In this document: piece by piece, positions 50,440 through 62,977 of the stretch
How the letters are laid out: each line of letters opens with the position of its first letter
Position numbering within the stretch: the stretch's first letter is position 1
Notes under the pieces: model-generated
Database searches by the model: none
What the model was told of the DNA's origin: nothing
The model's input: the letters and a program-made list of their open reading frames with translations, nothing else
Program-made: the position numbers and the translations under genes
Assembly: GCA_008632985.1 (NCBI GenBank)
Contig: QPGO01000226.1
Coordinates: 1-64,000, forward strand
DNA: 64,000 nt
Source: Psammoneis japonica
Lineage: Eukaryota
Direction of reading: 5' to 3'

Positions 50440-53400
50440 CGCCGATGACACCCCGGCTCACACTGCTGACCTCACCATGTCTTTTTTCATGATTTACACA
50501 CTGTCAAGGAAGTGTCCAAGTTCCTTGATGTCTCTGTGGTGGCCTTGTGCATTGCAGAGCTGCTTGAGGAGGGGAAAGATGCTCCACCACTGGGCGCGAC
50601 TCTGCCCTGCCGTGCGCCGCAACAAATCAAGAGGACCTGGCTCCGGCCACATTTGCATTCTTCACCATCAAGGCTGGTTCCCAAAAGCCAATCAAGAAAG
50701 CAATTGTCGAGGGTGGGGTCTCTGTGGGTCTCAACATCTCCGTGATGAAGAAGTCGGTCGCAAACAGAGTTGCTGTTGTTGCAACAACAGCTGCTTGAAG
50801 ATTGGCTGCTCCACAACAAACATGCAGACACCTCGAAACAAGGAAATTTGGGCCAAGATTGTAAATGCCATGGGCAGTGACCTCTTGGATGTGGTCAAGG
50901 ACAAGCTTCAAAATGAGCCTTGTGCGAGACTGTGGCTGGCCCCTTGGCATTTTAAACCAGAAGAAAGGACGCACAATCCCAGTGCAAAAGAGTGGACGAT
51001 GAACAAGGTCGATGCTCAGAAGAAGTGTTGTGATGGTGACCACTTTGCATGGACTGGCTTTCCACCACCAAACTGCCTGCCTTCAAACTTCATTGCATGT
51101 GAGCTGTCTTGCCCTTCTTGGGAACGACCGAGCGACCGTTGGAAAAAGAGGAATGTGGCACCAGTGCGAGGTTCAGGCTTGCTGTCATGGATTGCGGCAT
51201 GCCATTTGGTTGAACCACAAAGTGTGGGTGATCTCCAAACTCCCCTTGCACACACTGCATTGACAAAAACTCAAGTTGTTGCAAAGAAAATGACTGGGAT
51301 GAGAAGAAGGACGAGGTCATTGCAAATCTTCGCAGCGCCCTTGCACTCGCAAACCACAACAAGAAGGAGATAGAAAACACTGCAAAACAACTTCAGAACA
51401 AACTGGAGTCATGTGAGTTGGAGCTCAGCAAGTCCAAAGGGAAAACACTTGAGTTGGAAAATGAGCTGGTGGTTCTTCATGGTTCGAGTGAGGATCGTCC
51501 TTTGACTTGTGATGATCTTGTGCCAGGCAGTCGGCTGTCAAAGGCTGTGAGGACGTGGACGCATTTTCCAAACCATGGGGCAAATGAGGCCTTCATCAGA
51601 AACCCACAGAAAAGGCCTTGAGTCACAAGCCATCAATCCCAACCATCTCATGGCGTGCGCACGTGCACCTGCTGCATTGGTGGACCCCCCTCCTGATTAA
51701 AATCGACATTCACTTGTTGAAAGGGCAACATTTTTATTTGTTTTCACTTCACTGATTGGCACATCTTGCACTCATTGCTCCCAAATGCATTTTGTTTAAT
51801 TTGCGTTCATTGACTTGAATGCCAACATGCCAAGTTACACGGCTGTGTCATTCCCTCAACTGCGAACAATTGCATTTCGTTCCAACTGAAAAACATTCAT
51901 TTTCACATTGTGTGTGGCATTTTTGCCAAAAGTTCTGCATTTCCGTCCTCATGACAGATGTTGATCATTCCACTAAATTTTTCACCCTTTTCTGCTTCCC
52001 CTCCAAAACCCCCTCCTCGCCGGTGAATCACAATCTTTCATTTGCACCATTCCCCTGAACAATCGTGCATGGGGCATTTGTCCCTTCTGCTTGTGATCTG
52101 CAGATCCAATCCCCTGTGTTTTTGGCGAATCATTGCAGAACCGCAAAAGCAGCATGACAAGAAGTCCATGGGTTTCTGCGTCCTCTGTTCATGCTTTGAT
52201 TGCCCATGGCGGTTTGCCTCTTCCACCATTGTGATCATGCCCCGGCTCAAAGTCAGACCCAAGCAAAAGTGACGTCTCTCTTCTTGCTCTAAATCATTCG
52301 GGGACAACACTGAATGCAAAACTCGTGCCTTGCTCAACTTTGTCACGTCTTCTGACTACGACGGGTTGCTCAATGATTTTTTTGCCCTCCAATGTGGCAG
52401 CGAGCCTCTCTGATGATGTCAATCTTAGCTCTGACACAACTCCGATGGCAACGACTCATCTGCTCAAGGCAATGATCACACCAGGACACCATTTGCATCC
52501 AGAGACCTTGATGGTTGTGCCAGTGATCTTTCATTTGCCGACAAAGACAATGTGGACAATGACTCTTTAGACAGAAGCCAGCTGCACAGGCAGCGAGGAT
52601 TGCGGGAATGCCTGGGCAGCTGGCTGTGCTGGTTGCTCTGGCTGCTGGCATCAGTTGACGGTCGCAGCAATCATGATTTTGGCATGGCCGCAAGAGGAGT
52701 CATGGTGCAGCCAATTGGCCAGCTGGCCACCGCAGGGCATGCTGCCATTTAAAGTGGATTGCATTGTGCATGACATGGAAATGATCATGTGATGGGGAAG
52801 CATTGTGCTGGCATGCCATGGGCCACAGATGCTGCTTGGTCAACTTGTGTTCAACGAGATGCTCAACAACTTCGCTGTCTGACAAAGCGCGGAGCTTGCA
52901 CTGGCAATTGCTTTCCTCAGATGACAGGAGGGAGAGGAAGCTTGCACTGTTTTGAATCAACTTTGCCAAGTTTTTCCCACCATCACCTCCCAAAAGACGA
53001 TGAGCCACGCACTTGGTTGCTCCACTGTTGATCTTGATGCCAGCCACGTTCACCAATGAGATCACACAGCTGGCGCAGTTGTGGTCGATGACATCGCAGT
53101 TGTGGACCCCAACCTTGGCATTCTCACAGGCATGAAGGAACTCAGACAACTGCATCTGTCCAAGTGGGTGGGAACCTTTGATGTGTTCAAGGAAACCTTC
53201 CGGTTGATGATCCCAAGCCAGAAGCTGCTTTTTGATCATCTCCTGATCACCTTGCAATTGCACATGGGCAACCATTGTCGGACAACCCTCGGCAACTCCA
53301 TCCTTGTTGGGTGGTGCAGCTGCCAGCAAGTGGTCATCTACGTGCAGCACAATCTGCGTGCAATGAAACGTGGCAGTGAATGCATGGTGAGGTGAAGCAA
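50440..53400. mobile_element. Decayed element with two convergent coding remnants; plus-strand part possibly the N-terminal region of a Harbinger/ISL2EU-like transposase
   Basis: TpA-depleted. Plus-strand LWLAPWHF (THAP-like), coiled coil and LTCDDL...WTHFPN; minus-strand ORF 52700..53350. No DDE core seen. Confidence 0.4.
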
Positions 53401-53414
53401 CTCAGCACATTCAT

Positions 53415-53657
53415 CGTGGGACCCCACAAATGCGGAGGGACCCGCAACCCGGAAATGTGTAGAGTTCTACGTGAATGCACGGGGACTGTTCACGCAGGTT
53501 TTGCACCAGAGCTGTCTCGCGAACCAGGCGTTTTTTCGGATTTTTGTCGTAGAAACTGTGCCAGTTTTGCGCACGCAGGCTACATGTTTCAGCACCACAT
53601 ACAAAAATTCGCGTAGAGCTCCACAGGAGGGTCCCTCCGCATTTGTGGGGTCTCACG
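53415..53657. mobile_element. MITE with 29-bp TIRs
   Basis: CGTGGGACCCCACAAATGCGGAGGGACCC at 53415-53443 versus reverse complement at 53629-53657, one mismatch. Confidence 0.8.
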
Positions 53658-54027
53658 CACCCCTGTGGTGGGGGAGCTGTGTGTGTGTGCATGGTTGTGC
53701 GCACACGGCTTCACCGTGCGTTGAGTTTTAATGTCAATGTCCACACGCATGTGCACATTCCATGAGCAAAAATTCCTGTTCCACAGCTCCCCTAAAACTC
53801 TAACCACCAAAAACCGAGGGGTCGGAAGCGCACTTTCAGGAGCTCTTTTTCTCCGCACAAAAACACGCGTTTCGTCGACTCGACCATGATGATGCCTCGT
53901 GGTTCTTCCCCATCGCCTTCCCAGGACGCCGATCCCACTGACGCCGTTGCCAACAACACTGACACAACAGGTGATGTCATCACTCCGGTTCTCGTGGGTG
54001 TGATGCGTGCAAAATAAGATGCTACAA

Positions 54028-54540
54028 ACTCACACTGTTGTTTGCACGCTCCACCGCCTCCCACAGATGCTGTCACGAATTCCAACGCCGCACCTGCGTT
54101 TCGGCCCCCTGGCATGCCCAACACTGTTGCTCCTGCCCTCACTGCCGCAGGTGCTGTTGACACTGTCATTGCATTTTGCCAATGACGTCCACAATGAAAT
54201 GCCAATGACTCACACTTCTTTCATTCTCGCCCCACCGCCTCCCACAGACACTGTCACGAATTCCAATGCTGCACCTGCGTTTCGGCCCCCTGGCATGCCC
54301 GACACTGTTGCTCCCACCCTTGCTGCCGCAGGTGCTGTTGATGCTGTCATTGTCTTTTGCCAACAACGTCCACAACGAAATGCTTGTAACTCACACTTCT
54401 TTCATTCTTGCCCCACCGCCTCCCACAGACACTGTCACGAATTCCAACGCCGCACCTGCGTTTCGGCCCCCCAGCATGCCCGACACTGTCAATCCCACCC
54501 TTGCTGCTGCAGTTGCTGTTGATGCTGTCATTGTTTTTGC
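54028..54540 (+). repeat. 180-bp tandem repeat, about 3 copies, encoding a 60-aa Pro/Ala/Thr-rich unit
   Basis: Units start at 54028, 54208 and 54389; peptide THTSFILAPPPPTDTVTNSNAAPAFRPP repeats. Confidence 0.9.
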
Positions 54541-56619
54541 TTTGGAAGGAACACAATGGATGACGGATGACGGCGGACCAGGAAACCCACGCAACCACGG
54601 CCTGCTGATGGACGACACATCAATGGACATGAATGGTGCCTCTTGGTCAGCTCTCGAGTGTAGTCTAATCTTTAGAACATGCAGACACAGCATGCAGCTC
54701 TCTGTAAATTAGAAACCTGATGACAGTTGGATGGCAGGCATGCTTTCACAGTTTTTTAGTTTCAAGTTGGAGAGGTCAGCGAATTGGCATTTGTTTGCAG
54801 GCGACTTGGCAAGGTTTCAAATGGTGCATGTGACTTGGACACTGCTCCATTTTCCAGGACTGGGTCATCATGTGCAATTCCACAAGAGGCCACTCTCGCC
54901 GTTTGAGTTCTGCATGTGATGCACAACATGCTGTTTTTGCATGTTGCTAAAATGGAGGCAGGCAGCAACGTGCTTTTGGCAAATGCTCACTGTGTTTGTC
55001 ACTGTTAGACCTTCAAAACCAGTGCCTTGTCGACAGCCATGCTGCCACTTTGCATGCCGGCACCTTCTCTGCCCGCACTCCATCAGCTGAGTCCTCCTTC
55101 ACATGTTGCTGCGGTTCATCTTGACACTTGTTGTTGGCTCCGATTGGTTCCGCTGGGCTCTGGGTGAGTCTCAATCACCTCCAGACAGACAAGGTTCTGC
55201 TTGGGAATGATCATCCTGAGAAAGGTCATCACCATACCTCCTGTCATAGATGCTCCTCTGCCACGCCCACTGAACCTTGACGTCGGTTTGTTGCTTTTGT
55301 TTTTTGACCTGGTTTCGGAGCTGCACCCCAGACCGTTTGAGAGAAGGCTCATCAGTGCCTTCCATGACACGGCGATGCGAACGAGAATCCAGTTTTTCCG
55401 GGGACGCAATGACAGGAGTGGACCAATCACGGCGCTGTGTTTGTGTTTCAGGCACAGGATCCAGCGAACAGAACCCCAAATCCTCCGGATGGCAAATCGG
55501 CTGTGTTTGGGTAACGACAGCGGGTGCAACGGTGCCGGCCATTGCAGGAGGGACTGCCGCATCAGACATGGCAGGCGGGGACACGTCAGGTGGTGTGGGG
55601 GACGAAGAACGGGAGGTCGTCATGGTCGAGTCGACGAAATGCGTGTTTTTTGTGCGGAGAAAAAGAGCTCCCAAAAGTGCGCTTCCGACCCCTCGGTTTT
55701 TGGTGGTTAGAGTTTTAGGGGAGAATGTGGTTCAGGATTTTTCCTGCCACTATTAGCATTTGTGTACAAATGCATAAATCAATGTGAGGACATTTATATA
55801 AAAATATAATGAATAAGATATAAACTGCCACGTAACCATGACATCACCACATTCTCCCCTACCACAGGGGTGGGTCTCACGATGAACATGCACGCAATCT
55901 ACAGAAAGAGAATAAACAGGCGTCAGACGCCAGTTTCCTAGCGTTTTACCGGTAAAAAAATTATGTAGAAATTGTGTACAATTTTAAAAAAGAGATGAGG
56001 TTGGATCGAAAAATGCGACAGAGACGCACAAAAACGCGACACAACACGACAAGCGACAATGGCGACCATGTGGGGATAAAAACAACATCCACACTAATTT
56101 CAGGCATACTGCAGTAACAACACAAACATGATAAGTGTAGCTGATACAATAATTGGCTCACTGGTGTCTATCTAATAGCTCTAATCGATCATTCGAGATG
56201 ATGCCATTGTCATCAACATCCCGTATTGTTGCTACGCGTAATTCACGTAGAAAATTGCAAAAAAAACCATTGACAACGATGCTCTGAAATCAACCACAAA
56301 CTGCATCCAGAGTCAATATGGGCGCACATCTATACTTATTACTCGCCATAAGACATATCAAATGCATTTCGTCTCACAAAAATTAGTCAATAGCGTCACC
56401 GGCGGCACGCCATTGTCAGCATCGAATGCCGTACAAAAAGCACGGGGACGACGGAAATCGACTTCGTCTGTCGCATTTGTCTGTCTATCGCCCGTTTGTC
56501 TCGTAGAATCTACGAGAAAGTTCCCATACATTTTACGGTCTGTCCATGCTTCATCTGACGCCTGTTTATTCCTGACAACCGTTTATTCTGCGCGTAGCAA
56601 TGATCTGAGAAGCGACAAA

Positions 56620-59600
56620 GTCAGCACGTGCATCACATTTCATTTTTTCACAGACTTGACACTTGGTGAGTTTGTCAAGCTCATGTGCCACTGGGCCACA
56701 TGCCGTTGCACTCTCTTGGAACAAACATTGGCAGTCACAACAGAAGTTCACCCCACATGCCTGCAGAACATCCGTGCCTTCTTCTGCACATCAACAGGTC
56801 CTGGCACACTCAACGCCACATGCAGGGCCAGGCAGACAACCACATGCAGATGTGCATCATGTTAACTTGCCCTCGCACTCACATCTGCCCATTCCCATTC
56901 CACCCAATGACGCGTGCAAGTGTCCCGCCGCATCTTGACTCACCCCACTGCAGCAGTGGGACAGCCACAACCATGGGACAGACTCAACTTTGGGATCGTT
57001 GGAGACCTGGCTTGCAACCAATGCCAAATTGCAGAGTTCCCGAATGCGCTCATGAACTCAGCACCAAATGGCATGCATGCATTGACTGACAACACCATGT
57101 CAGCAGCTGTTGCCACCATGCCCAAAGGGTTGCATCCGGCTGTCACAGCACAGACACCTGATGCTGTCAAGGTCCGCGCACACGCGTGTCCATGCATGTC
57201 CCGTTTGCTTGTGTGAACCTGTTGCTGCAACCGCCATTGGCTCCCAAGCAGGCCTTTTTGGCAATTCACGGAGCGGCCTCTGCAGCCAACCAAGTCAACC
57301 AGTGCCGACCGCTGTTGGACTTCCTGAAGGCAGCAGCAATGGCTGCACAGCAAGATGCCAGTGCCTCTGCCGCATGCAAAATTGGCCTGGTCTGCCCCAA
57401 CCACAGAATGCCTCACTGGTCCAATGCTTTGAGTGCAAAGTGCAGAGGGACCTTCCAAACCAAATCAGACAAGGACAACCAACTGCACAACAGTGGCAGC
57501 CCATCATTGATGCCATTGATGATCTCACCACTGAGCAACACCAACAACACTTGGATGCCCTGGCCAGGCAGCAAGTGGGTGAAAGGGGGAAGACCCCGCA
57601 GCAGCAGTTCTGTGGCACACACGGAGTGCTCAAGCTGATGTGCATCTGCCAAGTGTGCCAAGAACAACAACTGCCACCACTGTGGACATGATGGGCTGCC
57701 ACACCAAAAACCAGATGCACAGCAATGGTCCAAAACACCGTTGACAAACAGCACCAAGCCCAGGGTGTCTACATTGACACACCAGTCACCATCAACCTGA
57801 TCACCAAGCCCACACAGCTCACTTTCGCCGGCCATGAATGAGATGAGCTGTCTCAAAGACTTGGTCCCTTCCTGTTTGGGCTCACCACTCTGCAGCAAGT
57901 GGTCCAAATTAACGAGCACAATGCGCTGCATCAACAAATCCACAGCGGAGATGGCATGCCTTCCTTGGCCAACACCATGGTGTTGGAGGTGCCAGACAAC
58001 ACCAAAGTTGCAACTGCCATGCAAGCCACACAACACTCTTTGGATGGGTTGCGGGTCTTGCTGTCAGCATTGCCAGGGGCCCAGCATCCAACAGTGTGCT
58101 GCCTTGGAGACCTCAGAGGGGACATTGACATCTGCGCCAGTGACCTTGTGGTGCAGATGCTCTGTCACCCCATGCTGCCAGCCAGTTTGCAATGATGCAT
58201 TCAAATCAAACTCCTGCACTGGCTCTGCCAACAGGAACACAGTGATCAACCTGTGCCCTTCACAGCCTGCTCAGTTGTGCACAAGGCACCGCAAAAGGTT
58301 CCATGTGCTGGCACCATTTGACTTGCCCCGCACAGCACACCCCACCTCGTCCACACCAGCGCCAGCACCTGCACTGACTTTAATGCCGGGGGAGGCACCG
58401 GTGCACACAAACACCTCTGGCACACCCAGGGACAACAGCTTGGTGTGCAACCCCCAGTGTGACATGTGCTTTGATGAGCCACACGCTTGACCAAACATCC
58501 AATCATGCAAAGTCAAGCAATGATGTGCACACAACAACATTGCTTTACCTGTTGATGCCCAAGGCAATTTGTGATGCTTGCCCCACCATTTAAAAGGCCA
58601 ATGCAACTCCAATTGTGGCAGCTGGGCAGACCATTGTCTTGGCCACACACAGGAAGAGCAAGACAACCCACACAAATGGGCCAACATGCATTGGACGACC
58701 GAACAGGTCATCGGCAATGGCTCCAGTTCGGGGACTGTGAACCGAGAGCCTCCTGCACCACCACCCCCACAGGCAGAAAGGTTTGGTCAGCAGCAAATGC
58801 CGCCCCATGAAATGACAGCATGGACAGGCAATTGCTGCATCAGCAAACACTGACAATTGGGCAAGCTTGTTGCATGTGATGCCACGATCTTACATCAACA
58901 CAGCCTCAGCCATTTGTTGTGTCTACGTCGTGGCCAAGGTGATCTGGGACAGATGCGTTGCATCAAGAATCACCCGGCATGCCGGACACTTCAACGCTGC
59001 AAGCATCAAGGCATCCCAATCACTGTTGCTGACGCACCCTGGAGTGCTGAGGAACTCGACGCCAGCATTGCAAGGGGTCCACACAAGTCTGCCTGTGAGT
59101 GCATCAACTTTTTATGAGAGGATGTGGCTGACCATGTTGACAAGGGATTTTGGGTGGTCGTCCCATGTGACGAAATCAAAAACCAACCAGGCTTGCATGT
59201 CAGCCCCATTGGTGTGGTGCCGCAACACAGCAGGTGCCCATGCCCTGTTGTTGACTGCACCCACTTTGGCATCAATGACGCCACCCATCCCAGTCAAAGC
59301 CATGCAGTTTGGGCACATGCTAGATTGCCCATTACGGTGCATCCTGTTGGCTGACCCATTGAAAGGATGTGTCTGCTCAACAAAGATTGACATGTCCAAC
59401 GGTTTTTATTGTCCATCTGTCGCGTCAGACCAAGCACCAACTTTGGCTGTGACATTCCCATCGTTGCCAGGGGAACCACCCCTGGTGGCAATCCCAGCCA
59501 TGCTGCCATGGGCTGGAAAAATTTGCCACCAGCCTTCTGTGTTGTGACCAAAACCAGTGCCAACCTGGCCAACCAACTGCAGCTGAAAAATTTTCAAGCG

Positions 59601-60190
59601 CCGCCGCACTGCCTGGAACAAGCAGCAAGCAGTCGTTGCCCGCCCTTGTGCATGACGCCACCCAGCTGTCCAACCCCAGCTGTGCCACTGCCAACCACAC
59701 CAGGTCCCAATCTGCATCATCAACGCCACTGACATCTGCATTGCATTGGCACTGCACAAGGGTCACAGCATTCCCGTCTCCATGTGCTGCAAACAATTGT
59801 GACAGCCATCAACAACATCTTTTGACCACTCAACTCCAATGACATGGCACAACATCAAGAACCCATTTCAGTAAAAAAAATTGTGCAAAGGCGACGCAAC
59901 CTGGTCGACACAAAAAGAGGTGTTGGGGTGGCTGATTGACACCCACGCCATGACAATGCGCCTCACCGACCATCACCTTGCATGACTCTGCACTGATCTT
60001 CCACCAGGACTTTCCCCACAAATGCAATTGAGCCACCACTTCCGACTGCCACCGCCTGCTTGGTGAGCTGCGCTCACTGTCAACAGCAATCCCCGGATCA
60101 TGTGGTCTGTTTTCCGAACTCCAAGAACTGCTTTGTCGCACCACACCAGACTCCCGCATGTGTCTCACACTGAGATGCCACCACACTTGC
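56620..60190 (+). mobile_element. Decayed, 3'-truncated DIRS/Ngaro-like retrotransposon (gag + RT)
   Basis: CLPHHLKGQCNSNC...ADH finger at ~58575; RT-region remnants ARGPHKSA, SPIGVVPQ, AMQFG, KIDMSNGFY, PMGWKNLPP, EPISVKK, LGWLIDT, LLGELRSL. No RNase H or tyrosine recombinase seen. Confidence 0.72.
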
Positions 60191-62330
60191 CAATGGCACC
60201 AATGACTTGGCATCTTTAGCACATTCATTTGGGGAATCCTGCTGCTCTGGGTGAGCAACCAGTCATTGCTGCTCTCCTCTGGCACTCCCTCTTCACTCTG
60301 GGTTGCTCTTGCCTTCAGGAATTCATTCCTGGCATTGATCACCATGGTGTGTCAGCTGCTTCCTGGTGCTTGATGTGTGGCAAACAGCTGTTGTTTGCAT
60401 CAAGCAGCGCAATGCTGAGTGTTCTCTTAACCAAGGAGGTGCACTTTTTGACCAAGCTGCGATGGTCTCCAAGTTGTTGACAACTTGTTTGTTGGTCCCA
60501 ACATTTGCAACTTTTGTGACAACATTTTCAGGTGGCTGCACTTTTTTGGACATGCAGCATGTCCAAACTGCCATCAGAGAGACATTCTGAGCTCTGACTT
60601 GGCAGGCATCAGGGGCTGTGGTTTTGGGCCTCAATGCCAACAATGCAAATGGTGATCCAGCAGGAGGCTGCAGCTCAAGGCCCATCACTGTCAGTGTGGA
60701 GGCACTCAAAACCAAGAAGGAGAAGGACCTCAGAAGCAGGTGGCTGACATCAAGGCCGCTGTTCTGGCCTTCTGCCACAAGGTTGCAGGTTCTGACACTG
60801 TTGCCCTGGGTGCTCTTGCACAGGTCATTTCTGATGCTCTTGAAGAATCTGGTGAGGGTGAACATGCTCACAGTGTCTCCAAACTTGTTGCTTTGACTGT
60901 CAACAGCAGGAAGACAATGAACATCTTTGACCAATTGTTGTTCTTCATCCAGTTTGTGTGAGCAAGGCTTTCACCAAGGGCGTTGTCATTTCAAGTTGTC
61001 CGAACAGACCTCCAAATGCTTCAGCATCTGCCTGTCTGTCCAAAATGTCCAATGTTCTAACTTTTTGACTCCATGCATGGATGGTTTGGAGCATTCCCAG
61101 ATTGTTGCAGAAAGGCAGGAGATCTCTGTGCAATCTGTTGACATGGACTCCAAGACCACCACAGCAGAGTCTGCCAAGAAAAATCTGCCTTGTGTGCTCA
61201 GGGTCATGCCAAGGATTCTTTGGACATTGTTTTGGCATTGAGCAACTTTTTCTGTCTTGCAGTCAACACTTTTGTAAGAATTTTGATCAGATGGCTGTTT
61301 GGCAGTTGTGCTTGTTCATTGCCACAATGCCGCTTTTTTGGTGACAGCAGCAAGCAGTGGGTCACAAGCAATGAGAGCACTCATGAGATGGTTGCAAACA
61401 TGCTCAACAACATTCAAACCATCATCAGCACTTGCTTCCAGCTGGGAAATGTCCCTTGCTGGCAGGAGGCCATCCGCAACTCTCAAAACGCATTGGCACT
61501 TGGGCCCTTGATGTCTCTGATCGCCTGTGAACCAATCCATCAAGACTTGGAAACCAGTGTTGGCTGCAGTTCTCCTTGAACATTTGGAAGCAAGTGTGTG
61601 CTTTTTCAGCTCAAAAGAAGTCAGTTCCACCTTGTCTTCATCCAAGCACTCCTCTGATGCATCCTCGGCTGCTGCTGCGGCAGTGTCTTCATTGGATGTC
61701 AAGCTGTGCAAGAAGATGGGCATGCTTGTCATCTCTGAAATCCTCCTCAGCCACCAGTTGTCCTGGTTGTGGCTGAGAATGGCACTGGCTCCACTGCAAC
61801 AGAGTGTTTGTGCTCTAATTTCATGTTCCCCCTCGTGGCTTCCAATGTGCTTGCGCCAGGTGCAAGAAGCCACACATCACCAAAGTTGTTGAAATGTGTG
61901 TGTGTGCCAACAGCAAAATAATGAGGTCAAAAGCAAGTGGAAGTGATGGCAAAACATGAGCAAGAGGGCCTTGGCAACTCTCTCTTGCGTCTCCAACGAA
62001 TGTGGCGCTGGCTCTGTCGTCAAATCCGGTCTCTCGAAAACACAAAGCCCAGAACGCATTTCAAAATGGCAGGTTGTCAAGATTCTTGCAAAAGTGCTCA
62101 AGCAACCCAGGAAGTGACCGAGAGCATCCATGGTGTTGAGACGATTGCCTCAGGGCTCGACGGGATGCCGGAGGGGAGGGGGGTTGCGACAAAAGCCGAA
62201 AGAGCTCTGGAGGTGTGGGTGGTGCAAGCGGGGGTTGCAGCCATTTGTTCTTGTCGATTCATGGGTCACCAGGGGAGGCATTGGCCCCATCCATTTTGGC
62301 CATGAAAGCGGTGCAATGGTTGCGCAGGGC
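60190..62330 (-). mobile_element. Unclassified decayed coding element abutting the DIRS-like copy
   Basis: TpA-depleted; chain of minus-strand ORF remnants (60323..60934, 61316..61873); no domain recognised. Confidence 0.4.
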
Positions 62331-62420
62331 TGAGAGACAATCAGAACACTTGTGGTTTTGTTGTTGTCTTCGTGAGTGAGAATGCAATGACGGACCGCAA
62401 TGACCCTTTTTGTCGTTTAA

Positions 62421-62814
62421 GGGGGGTCATCCCCGCGTTTATCCTAAAATTACCGTTGCATTTGAATAAGGTTTTTTATAGTGTTTATTTTTGAATACAA
62501 GAATTGTTCATAGTCACACCCGATCGCGCACGAAAACGAGAACCATCAGCACCGCGATCGAAGCACGACGATGATGACAATCATCGATGTTTCTCAAAAA
62601 CGTAGTTTGCCGTCTACCAACTTTTCATGTATATACAATCTTTGATACATAACAAACATAAAATAAATGAGAGTTGGTAGACGGACCACCTCCGTCACAG
62701 ACTTATGGCTTGTTGTTTTCACCACGGTGAAGCACGGTGAAATTCAGGAAAAATCATGCAAAACACGAGCTATTCGGCCGAATTCGAGCTAAAAAAAGTA
62801 GCAACCGACCACCC
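62421..62814. mobile_element. Possible MITE flanked by TTAA
   Basis: TTAA|GGGGGGTC ... GACCACCC|TTAA; internal hairpin CCGTCTACCAACT / AGTTGGTAGACGG at ~62610-62685. Confidence 0.4.
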
Positions 62815-62977
62815 TTAANCCATCCCTGTGGTTTGACTCATTGAACAAATCACATAAAAAAGCAAAACGAGAACCCCAGCCAAACCCTGTGGCACAACAA
62901 CACTGCTTCTTGAAACTCACCGCTGCAACATTTATATTTGGTAAAGACTTTTGCATGCCAAGGACGCGCAAGAGACA

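Larger units (their letters stand above)
53405..55891. mobile_element. Long-TIR (Mutator/foldback-like) non-autonomous element
   Basis: Near-identical ~100-bp inverted repeat 53787-53889 / 55620-55723. Outer similarity CACCCCTGTGGT(G/A)GGGGAG and TTCATCGTG(G/A)GACCC at both ends. Confidence 0.75.

Noticed and set aside
54028..54540. CRISPR-like array (also considered for 5460-6060 and 21332-21451)
   Set aside because: Units are full tandem duplications without unique spacers; no cas genes; eukaryotic context.
53395..55901. Target-site duplication of the long-TIR element (AAGCAACTCA / ACGCAATCTA)
   Set aside because: Only 6 of 10 positions match; not distinguishable from chance.
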